64,000 bases of DNA from Desulfomonilia bacterium. Lineage in GTDB: Bacteria > Desulfobacterota > Desulfomonilia > UBA1062. Numbering within the stretch: the first letter of the stretch is position 1; each line of letters begins with the position of its first letter. Made by a program: the position numbers and the translations under genes. Positions 51,841 through 60,064 of the stretch are shown here, in pieces. The stretch lies in NCBI GenBank assembly GCA_050014195.1, contig JBEKDT010000005.1, forward strand, positions 64,001 to 128,000. The letters are read 5' to 3'. Under the pieces are notes generated by a model. That model ran no database searches and was not told the DNA's origin. It was given only the letters and a program-made list of their open reading frames with translations.

Positions 51841-53150
51841 CGGACACTATCTATGCCGAGTCGACCCCCAGAGGTCACGGCGCTATCAGCATCATCCGCA
51901 TAAGCGGTGTGCATACGCTGGCCATCATTAAAAGGATCGGCTCACGGCCCAATCCTGTAGCCCATACCCAAACCTTTGCAATTATCCATAATCATGAAGG
52001 CGGCATTATTGACCAGGTTATGATAGCGTTCCATCCCGGCCCCAACTCCTATACCGGAGAGAATCTTGCTGAGATCAGCTGTCACGGCAACCCGCTGGTG
52101 GTGGACAGGATCATGGAGACAATCGCATTGACCGGCCTTGCCCGACTTGCTCACAAGGGGGAGTTCACCAGAAGGGCATTTCTGAACAACAAGATAGACC
52201 TCCTCCAGGCCGAGGCAGTAGGCGCATTGATAGGATCTTCAAGTTCTGCAGGCTGCGAGATGGCTCATGCCCTTCTGAAAGGTGCGCTCTCGGAGCGGAT
52301 CAAGGCCCTCATCACGGATCTTATAGGTATCCTTGCCGACATTGAGGCCTCCTTCATCACCGATGACTCATCAATCCGGCCCGATGAGCTGTTTCAAAGA
52401 CTTGAGGACGCCACCTCCCGAACCAAGGGGCTTCTCAAAGACGCCAATCAGGCCAAGGGGGTTTATAAAGGGATCGTTACAACCATTGCGGGGCTTCCGA
52501 ACGTGGGCAAATCCTCCCTCTTCAATGCTATTCTCGGATACGACAGGGCTATTGTCCATCATGAGGAGGGAACGACCCGGGATGTCATCAGGGAGCACCT
52601 GAGCCTGGACGGGATCGACTTCGTCTTCCACGACACCGCCGGCATCAGGGAAACCGCATCTGGCCCTGAACAGATAGGCGTGGAAAAGACCATTGAGACG
52701 TTGAAGGGCTCAGACCTTGTCCTGTACGTAGTGGATGTCCGGGAAGGAATCAAACCCCGGGAAAGACACATGCTCTCATTGGCAGACAAGACTATCGTAG
52801 TGATGAACAAGGTCGATCTCATCAAAGACACCCTTAAGCCTTTAGAGGGATATGATGCCGTAGCCGTCTCGGCAAAATTCGGACACGGCATTGATGAGCT
52901 TTTATCCGCCATGCGGCAGGCATTCCCCCATGACCAGCCTTTGGTGTTTCTGGACAGGCACGCGCACCTGCTCGGCAAGACCCTTGAGAGCCTTGAGTCA
53001 TGCTCAAAGGCCATTGCGGACGGTTTCACCGCAGACGTGCTCACCATTGATCTGAAGCAGGCCGTAGAGTATCTCAAACAAATGATGGGCGAGGCCGTTG
53101 ATGAGGATATCCTTGAGAGGATCTTCTCAAGTTTCTGCATCGGCAAATGA
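51840..53150 (+). CDS. mnmE: tRNA modification GTPase MnmE/TrmE (start apparently non-canonical, upstream of the called GTG 51909)
   Basis: DTIYAESTPRGHGAISIIRISG in frame from 51843; SYTGE, GEFTRRAF, GLPNVGKSS, DTAG, NKVD, FCIGK. Confidence 0.93.
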   Translation, partial: TDTIYAESTPRGHGAISIIRISGVHTLAIIKRIGSRPNPVAHTQTFAIIHNHEGGIIDQVMIAFHPGPNSYTGENLAEISCHGNPLVVDRIMETIALTGLARLAHKGEFTRRAFLNNKIDLLQAEAVGALIGSSSSAGCEMAHALLKGALSERIKALITDLIGILADIEASFITDDSSIRPDELFQRLEDATSRTKGLLKDANQAKGVYKGIVTTIAGLPNVGKSSLFNAILGYDRAIVHHEEGTTRDVIREHLSLDGIDFVFHDTAGIRETASGPEQIGVEKTIETLKGSDLVLYVVDVREGIKPRERHMLSLADKTIVVMNKVDLIKDTLKPLEGYDAVAVSAKFGHGIDELLSAMRQAFPHDQPLVFLDRHAHLLGKTLESLESCSKAIADGFTADVLTIDLKQAVEYLKQMMGEAVDEDILERIFSSFCIGK

Positions 53151-53689
53151 TGGACGACAATCTCATAACATGGATTCATGAGCTGAGGCGTTTCAACGAC
53201 AAGCTCCATCTCATGGGCCCGGCCATGCTTAATGGCATCGAGCAGGAGCTTGAAGTCATGCTGCCGCTGCTGATGCGCATACATGAGCCTGTGCTTGCCG
53301 ATCTCGGCTCAGGGTCGGGCCTGCCTTCAATCCCCTACAAGATCCTCCACCCGGACTCACACCTCTACCTGATTGAGCGCAGTGTTAGAAAATGCACTTT
53401 CCTGCGTCATGTCATTGAGATACTCGCCTTGGAGGGAGTGGTCATCATCTCACGAGACCCCCTGCATGAGGATATCGGTCTGTTTGATGCCGTGCTTGCC
53501 CGGTCGTTCTCACCATTATCGACACTGACAGATGTCTGCCTCAAAATCCTTAAGCCAAACGGGAGACTTTATTACCTCTTCACCGGCAGCACACCTGAAT
53601 TGGCCCAAGACTTTCAGCCGGACGAGGTTATTTCGCATACGTGCGCAGGTTTTTCTCTGAACCTTGCAATCTTCAATCGCCTTCCCTGA
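53147..53689 (+). CDS. rsmG: 16S rRNA m7G527 methyltransferase RsmG/GidB (short)
   Basis: ADLGSGSGLP, IERSVRKCTFL, FDAVLARS. Confidence 0.8.
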   Translation: MMDDNLITWIHELRRFNDKLHLMGPAMLNGIEQELEVMLPLLMRIHEPVLADLGSGSGLPSIPYKILHPDSHLYLIERSVRKCTFLRHVIEILALEGVVIISRDPLHEDIGLFDAVLARSFSPLSTLTDVCLKILKPNGRLYYLFTGSTPELAQDFQPDEVISHTCAGFSLNLAIFNRLP

Positions 53690-54128
53690 TGATGGGTATC
53701 TTCCTCGAAGCGCTCACCATAGGCTTCGGTAAGACCACCTGCAAGACCCCTGCATGATAGCTCGCTTCGACGGAATCAAGTTCAACGACTTCCGGCAAGG
53801 TAAAGGACCTCTTAAAGAACCCGTATTGCCGCTCGATAGCATGAAAGCTTTCCGCCGTCTCTTCATGTTCAAAGGGTTTCCTGCCACTGATAGTGAGCAC
53901 CCCGTCAGTGATATCGAGCGTAATATCCTCACGTCTCACACCGGGCAGCTCGGCCTTGAGTGTCAGAGATACATCATCCTCGAAGATATCCACATAAGGT
54001 ATCCATTGGCCCGGACTACGGGAAATGCCGGTGTCCCTCAGATTCTCCTCAAAAATCCTGTTCATCCTTTCTTGAAGCATCAAGAGATCTTCTCCGGTCG
54101 GTGCCTTCTTGTAGTTCTGTATCGCCAT
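53673..54128 (-). CDS. Small heat shock protein Hsp20
   Basis: PYVDIFE, AELPGV, ERQYGFFKRSFTLP, ASYHAGVL.V.LPK. Confidence 0.93.
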   Translation of the reverse strand: MAIQNYKKAPTGEDLLMLQERMNRIFEENLRDTGISRSPGQWIPYVDIFEDDVSLTLKAELPGVRREDITLDITDGVLTISGRKPFEHEETAESFHAIERQYGFFKRSFTLPEVVELDSVEASYHAGVLQVVLPKPMVSASRKIPIIREGD

Positions 54129-54146
54129 GGATTTACCCCCAGCTCT

Positions 54147-55004
54147 TTATGGCAGCATAAGGTCAATATGGCCCGCAAGGGCCTTCTTCAGCTTGGTCTT
54201 CACATTATTCTCAATCTGCCGTACCCTTTCTTTGGAGATAGCATATTGCCTGCCCAGGTCTTCCAAGGTCAACGGGTTCTCGGCCATAAGTCGCTGGCGT
54301 GCGATATCCTGTTCGCGCGGGGTAAGCTTTTCAAGCGCGGATTCGATCTGGGTCTTCACAAAGGACGCCCGCTGTGACTCTATGACCCTGTCCTCGGGAT
54401 TGGACCTTGTGTCCACAAGGAAGTCCAGAAAGCTGCTGTCGCTGCCGTCGGTCATGGGGGTGTCAAGAGACTGATCCCTGTTCATGAGGCGTGATATGAT
54501 CTCCTCAATGGCGTGGGGATCTGCATCAAGCCTGGCTGAAAGGGCATTGGACTGCTCGGTTATGTGCTCATCCATAACATCTTCTTCTGCCGACATCCGG
54601 TTAAGCCCGTAGAAGAGCCTCTTCTGGAGCTTGGTTGTACCCAGCTTCACCTGGGAAAAAAATCTGAGAATATAGTCATGGATCATGGCCTTGATCCACC
54701 ATACGGCATAGGTCATGAGCCTATAACCTTTGCTGGGATCAAATTTTTTAACCGCAATCATCAAGCCGATAGTGCCTTCTTGCACGATATCCTCCAGGGG
54801 CAGCCCATAGCCTGAATAGTCCATCGCGATTCGGACGACATTTCGTAAGTTCGCAGTAATGAGCCGCTGGGCGGCATCGACATCACCATGCTCCTTTAAC
54901 CGGAGAGCGAGCTCGTATTCCTCTTCTTTGCTGAGCGAAGGCAGCCTGGCAAATCTCCCTATAAGGTTCGCAGTGGAATTACTTTGTATTGCTGGCAGTT
55001 GCAT
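54147..55004 (-). CDS. rpoH: RNA polymerase sigma-32 family factor
   Basis: NLRNVVRIA, QEGTIGLM, TYAVWWIKA, RpoH-box-like VKLGTTKLQKRLFY, SKERVRQIE. Confidence 0.85.
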   Translation of the reverse strand: MQLPAIQSNSTANLIGRFARLPSLSKEEEYELALRLKEHGDVDAAQRLITANLRNVVRIAMDYSGYGLPLEDIVQEGTIGLMIAVKKFDPSKGYRLMTYAVWWIKAMIHDYILRFFSQVKLGTTKLQKRLFYGLNRMSAEEDVMDEHITEQSNALSARLDADPHAIEEIISRLMNRDQSLDTPMTDGSDSSFLDFLVDTRSNPEDRVIESQRASFVKTQIESALEKLTPREQDIARQRLMAENPLTLEDLGRQYAISKERVRQIENNVKTKLKKALAGHIDLMLP

Positions 55005-55145
55005 TTTTCATTCATCTCCTTTTTATATGACCTAAATTCTCATAAAATTGTATCGATTCCAACAATCCGTATTTTTAGATGAAAAAAAGGGTTGAAGGTT
55101 TCATCTATTCAAGGTAAATAACAAAAACTTTGGAGGTTATCTAGG

Positions 55146-56720
55146 ATGAAGTCAATCAGGGCAACTCTCATATATACCCTTGCGTTTGCGTTGCTGGGAT
55201 GCTCATATACCCTCCACAACAAATATCCGCCGGAGCATCCGCCTAGTCCCGACCTGGACTTAAGCTCTATCCAGGAACCGGTGGCTCAAATAGAGCAACC
55301 TCTCATAGAAACCCCTCAACCCCAAGTACAAGAAAAACCCCAAGAAACGATACAGGAAACTCCAACTCCAAATGTGGATAAACCTGTTCATAAGAAAGTT
55401 ACCCCGGGAGGGAAAAAGACTTATAATACCGAGTATGAGATCAATTCACAGGTACAGCTCTGGGTTGACCGCCTATCCAACAAAGACCGCCAGGAATTCC
55501 AAAGTGCCCTAGCCAGGCTCGACAAGATACGTCCTGCCATGGAACAGATATTTGAGCAGCACGGAATCCCCAAGGAACTTGTGTACTTGTGTCTGGTGGA
55601 GAGCAACGCTAACCCCCATGCGGTCTCCTGCTCAGGCGCCACTGGCTACTGGCAGTTCATTCCGGATACTGCAAAAAAGTATGGCCTGCAGGTAAATAAG
55701 TATGTAGATGAGCGTAAAGACCTGGAGAAATCCACTCACGCTGCCGCACAGTATCTGAAGCATCTTTATTCCATATTCGGCGACTGGTATCTCTCCATTG
55801 CCGCATACAACGCAGGTGAAGGGGCTGTCTCAAGGCTCGTGAAAGGCAAGGGTGTCTACACATTCTGGGATATTAAAAATTCCATGGACATCAAACCTGA
55901 AACCATCGATTATGTGCCAAGGTACATCGCTACGGTCATCCTGGCCAAGAACCGCGAGGCTTATGGTCTGCGCAAATCCGAGCCAAGGCCGCTGCCGATC
56001 GCCTCTGATAAGGTGTATAGTCCCGGATATCTGGACGACATAGCCAAGGCAAGTGGTGGTCTTAAAGGGTCTATTGCTGAAAATAGCCCTGATGTCATTA
56101 CTGATACCATACCTACATCTATCAAAGATGCGAGAGAAAAGGTCCGGAAGAACTCAGGAAGATCATTAAAGCATGGTGCCGAGAGCCAGATGGATTCTTC
56201 CAAAGAATCCATACCCTACGTCACTCATACCATTCGCAAAAGTGAAACCCTGTATTCCCTTGCCAAGAAGCATTCCACCACGGTGGAGGCTATTGCAAGG
56301 GCGAACCGACTCTCTGTGCAACAGGGCTTGAAGGTGGGAAAAACCATTATCATTCCGGAAAGCCCTACCCATACCGCTATGAAAAAAGACGCCGGAGGGG
56401 ATCATGTCCATTTAGTGGCCAAGGGCGAGACCCTGAAAGGTATATCCAAAGAACATGGGATCTCAGTGGATGAGATCATTCGTGCGAACGATATCAAAGA
56501 CCCCGGCCTTATCCAACCCAAGACGGCCCTTGTCATCCCTGTTTCAGAAAGCAGACATGCCCTCAAAAAGGCTATGAAATACAAGGTGAAGAAAGGCGAT
56601 ACCCTCTGGGGGATCTCCAGACAGTTCGATGTCTCCACCATGGATATCCTGCGCTGGAACAGGCTCGCATCCGCAACCGAGATAAAACCCGGAGACAAGC
56701 TGACCATTTACCATCAATGA
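55146..56720 (+). CDS. mltD: Membrane-bound lytic murein transglycosylase D-like (SLT + 3 LysM) lipoprotein
   Basis: Lipobox LLGC, VES, ATGYWQF, AAYNAGEG, ETIDYVPR, LysM repeats. Confidence 0.88.
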   Translation: MKSIRATLIYTLAFALLGCSYTLHNKYPPEHPPSPDLDLSSIQEPVAQIEQPLIETPQPQVQEKPQETIQETPTPNVDKPVHKKVTPGGKKTYNTEYEINSQVQLWVDRLSNKDRQEFQSALARLDKIRPAMEQIFEQHGIPKELVYLCLVESNANPHAVSCSGATGYWQFIPDTAKKYGLQVNKYVDERKDLEKSTHAAAQYLKHLYSIFGDWYLSIAAYNAGEGAVSRLVKGKGVYTFWDIKNSMDIKPETIDYVPRYIATVILAKNREAYGLRKSEPRPLPIASDKVYSPGYLDDIAKASGGLKGSIAENSPDVITDTIPTSIKDAREKVRKNSGRSLKHGAESQMDSSKESIPYVTHTIRKSETLYSLAKKHSTTVEAIARANRLSVQQGLKVGKTIIIPESPTHTAMKKDAGGDHVHLVAKGETLKGISKEHGISVDEIIRANDIKDPGLIQPKTALVIPVSESRHALKKAMKYKVKKGDTLWGISRQFDVSTMDILRWNRLASATEIKPGDKLTIYHQ

Positions 56721-56929
56721 CCGTACCCTGCGGGTGATACCGGGCATGCCCATTCACGACGGGGCTGTTTATTGCCTTTGAAGACCCTGACAAAAAGGAA
56801 TTCAGGAAGGCGTATGCCCGGAATAATCGCCTGAATAATCGAAGGTATGTACCAAAGAAATTGAAAACACCCGTGGTCACCTTTATAATGTATTACATAA
56901 TATCTTCATCATGCCGAGAAAGGAAACAT

Positions 56930-58240
56930 ATGAGAACGCATGTCTTATCTTTCATGATCACCGCTTTCATCCTCTCCTTATTACTATCCAACTCCGTCAG
57001 CTACGCTGACAGTTGGCAGCAAGCTTCTCTTCCCATAATTCAGGATCTCTATGCCGTGTGGGGTTCATCGGATGGGGATATCTATGCTGCCGGGGCAAGC
57101 GGTACGCTCATCCACTGGGATGGGAGCACTTGGCAGGAGATAACTACCAATACATCCAACGACCTGGCATCGCTGTGGGAACTGCCCAATATTGCAGTAT
57201 TCTCGGCAGGCGATCTAGGGACGATCTTCCTGAACGGCGGCACCGGGTGGCGTATGTTCACGCTTACCGACAGTCATCTCAATGCACTCTGGGGATCATC
57301 AGCAACAAATGTCTATGCCGTTGGGTCATTAGGAACTATCCTATCCTTTAACGGAACCTCATGGAAGGACGTGTCCCCATCTATAACAACCGGATTCGAC
57401 CTCTATTCCATCTGGGGCAGCACCGGGAATGACATATATGTCGGTGGGCAAGACGGGACAATGTACAACTATGACGGGACTACTTGGAAAGCCGTATTGA
57501 TACCGACCTCTCAGGATATCCGCGCCATCTGGGGGTCATCCGGCTCAGACATCTATGCCGCAGGTACGCTTGGAGATATTATCCACTATAATGGGAATCA
57601 ATGGTCACCTGTATATACAGCAAGCGGGAATCTTCTTACCTCTCTCTGGGGAAGCTCCTCCACCGACATCTTTGCAGCAGGGCAAAACGGTAAGATCTAC
57701 CACTATTACAATAACGGGGTGACCTTGAACTGGTATGATATTACCCCTACCATTTCCATCACGAATATCAATGCCGTCTGGGGAAGCACCTCGGGCAAGG
57801 TTTATTTTGCAGGCCAAGACGGCACGCTCCTCATCTATACCAGGCCCGACCACATCCCACCCGTGATCAATTTTTCCGAGATATCAAAGAATAATGACGG
57901 CACTGCCTATATATCGACCCCCATAACCTTTTTATTCTCCGAGAAGATGGATCCGGCGACCATCAACGCCTCAACAATTATCCTGAAATCGGGACCTAAC
58001 GTAGTCTCCAAACAGGTGAGCCTGTCCAGTGACGGCATGACCCTCAGCGTGAGCGGCGATGATGCATTCTCCACCCCCTATACCCTTACCGTCACAGGAG
58101 GCAGTAACGGCGTGAAAGACCTGGCAGGGAATGCTCTGGCATCAAGCTACTCGGTTTCTTTCACCACCGAGGCAAAACCCTCTTCCACAGGCAGTAGTGG
58201 CGGCGGCGGGGGCTGTTTCATCTCGTCAGCCCGGATGTAA
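56930..58240 (+). CDS. Secreted beta-propeller (WGSS repeats) + Ig-like (Big_5) protein with a GGGGGCFI tail
   Basis: Signal peptide, about 7 LxxxWGSSxxDIYAxGxxGxIxxYxG repeats, FSEKMDPAT...VKDLAGN, C-terminal GGGGGCFISSARM. Confidence 0.75.
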   Translation: MRTHVLSFMITAFILSLLLSNSVSYADSWQQASLPIIQDLYAVWGSSDGDIYAAGASGTLIHWDGSTWQEITTNTSNDLASLWELPNIAVFSAGDLGTIFLNGGTGWRMFTLTDSHLNALWGSSATNVYAVGSLGTILSFNGTSWKDVSPSITTGFDLYSIWGSTGNDIYVGGQDGTMYNYDGTTWKAVLIPTSQDIRAIWGSSGSDIYAAGTLGDIIHYNGNQWSPVYTASGNLLTSLWGSSSTDIFAAGQNGKIYHYYNNGVTLNWYDITPTISITNINAVWGSTSGKVYFAGQDGTLLIYTRPDHIPPVINFSEISKNNDGTAYISTPITFLFSEKMDPATINASTIILKSGPNVVSKQVSLSSDGMTLSVSGDDAFSTPYTLTVTGGSNGVKDLAGNALASSYSVSFTTEAKPSSTGSSGGGGGCFISSARM

Positions 58241-58318
58241 TCAAACCCGATCGTAAAAAGTTCACCCTACCCGACAAGCTCCCTGCAAGTTCCATATCTT
58301 CGGCTGTCGGATAAACCG

Positions 58319-60064
58319 CTACCAGGCCAGCACTTTCATCCCTGAAGCTGCGAGATAGGCCGTGATATCCTTATCGATATTCTTTAAGAGGATGACATTG
58401 CCGCCCAACTGAAGACCCGGGATCTCCAGTTCAGTCCTGCCCTGGGCCACCGTCATCTTCAGCGGGGGTCCCTCAAACTCAAGGCCGATTTTTTTCAGCA
58501 CCTCATCGAGTTGCATCGAGTTCATATTTAACACCTCAAATGACTGCTGCCCGAGCATGGCAACCATATCCTGTCCAGGCATGACATCGGTGAGTATCAC
58601 ATTGCCCAAAAGAACCGGGGCCTTGTAGGATATCTTGACCACGCCGCCTTTTGTCAGGGCAATCTCCTTGTTCGTCTCAAAAGGGATCTTGAGGCGATTG
58701 AAAAGCACAGGATATGAATGCTTCAGGTCGACAACTTGTATGGGTTTTTTTTGTGCCCTTCCGGGATCTTTTCCGCCGATCTCAATGAGATCTATACCGA
58801 AGTGCCCTGCATAGCTCCTGATGGCAGAAGGTGTCTTTTGTTCCTCATTGCCTAGGAGATTGACAACGAACACATTACGCCGGGAAAAGTCCTTATATAC
58901 GATCCACTTGCCGAAAAATCTGAGCTTCTCTTCTGATCCAACAAGGAGCGGGCTTGCGTCTTTATTGATAGAGAAGTACCCGGATACATTTAAGACCTTA
59001 TCCATGAGCCCTTCCAGGTCCCTTTGCGATCCGGAGATGATGGTGAAGGATGGGAATGCCTTTTCGATAAACCCTTTCATTTCCGGAGTGATCTGAGCGT
59101 TCAAATCAAAGATGATCTTTCTGCCTGTATCCAACTCCATGACCGGGACCTCGGAGGTATTGATAGACATGCTGGTGCCGCCCGTGACGGGCATGTAATA
59201 GGTGCCTTTGTCTCTCTGTGTACCGCCCAGTGCCTTCAATGCCGGGAGAACCGATCCCTTGACCACCCTGAGATCCTGAAATTCTCCCGCTTTTGCAGTT
59301 TTTGTGCTGGCCCCCTGGTTTATTGATGGTGCCGGTGTGGCTGCTTGGGCTTGGGGAGAGACGGATGCCGAGATATCTTCCCTGTCATGAGATTTTGTTG
59401 CTGCGACTTCAGGAAAAGGAAGAGGGGTGGGCTTATTCTCCGGCCGCACACCGGAGGTGGTCGCTGAAACAGGGGAGCTCGGTAGGGTCGGAGTCTGTGC
59501 GTGATTTGCAGCAGTCAACACCTGCTTGATTTCAGGAAGCCTGAGCTTTTGACCTGGTATTATGAGATTAGGATTAGTGATCTCGGGGTTTAATTTCTTA
59601 ACAAGGCCTATATATTCATGGAAGATACGCTCATCAGAGGCACCATAGATTTTCCTGAGAATCTTGGCGAGATATTCACCCTGTTGAATTACATATTCAT
59701 TGGAAGAAACCTCCTTTACTTCAAATTCCTCCCGGGGCTGAGGCTTCTGCGCCTCCTGAATAGTCTTCGCATCACCTCTCATCGGGATCATGATCTTGGT
59801 GTCTGCAGGGATGTAGTCAAGGTCTGCTATGGAGGGATTTTCCTGTCTGAACCGTTTATAGAGATATGGCAGGTCTTCCTCCTTAGCCTTGTATCCCTCC
59901 ATCAGGATCTTCCGCAAGGTGTCGCCTTCCCTGACCACATACTCGTTTGAAGGAAGCGTTTTGGCTCTCCTGGCATGTTTGACCAGCGTGATGTCCGCGG
60001 CTAAGGCACTCAGCGAGAAGGCGATCAAGGCCGCCAGGAGTACGGCCGTGCGGACATGCATCAA
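58319..60064 (-). CDS. Secreted LysM-domain protein
   Basis: Signal peptide; YVVREGDTL and YVIQQGEYL...LNPEITNPNLIIPGQKLRLP. Confidence 0.8.
   Translation of the reverse strand: MMHVRTAVLLAALIAFSLSALAADITLVKHARRAKTLPSNEYVVREGDTLRKILMEGYKAKEEDLPYLYKRFRQENPSIADLDYIPADTKIMIPMRGDAKTIQEAQKPQPREEFEVKEVSSNEYVIQQGEYLAKILRKIYGASDERIFHEYIGLVKKLNPEITNPNLIIPGQKLRLPEIKQVLTAANHAQTPTLPSSPVSATTSGVRPENKPTPLPFPEVAATKSHDREDISASVSPQAQAATPAPSINQGASTKTAKAGEFQDLRVVKGSVLPALKALGGTQRDKGTYYMPVTGGTSMSINTSEVPVMELDTGRKIIFDLNAQITPEMKGFIEKAFPSFTIISGSQRDLEGLMDKVLNVSGYFSINKDASPLLVGSEEKLRFFGKWIVYKDFSRRNVFVVNLLGNEEQKTPSAIRSYAGHFGIDLIEIGGKDPGRAQKKPIQVVDLKHSYPVLFNRLKIPFETNKEIALTKGGVVKISYKAPVLLGNVILTDVMPGQDMVAMLGQQSFEVLNMNSMQLDEVLKKIGLEFEGPPLKMTVAQGRTELEIPGLQLGGNVILLKNIDKDITAYLAASGMKVLAW

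Noticed and set aside
57040-57840. Regularly spaced tggggNtc/tgggga repeats as a CRISPR array
   Set aside because: They are degenerate coding repeats (WGSS propeller blades) in an open frame
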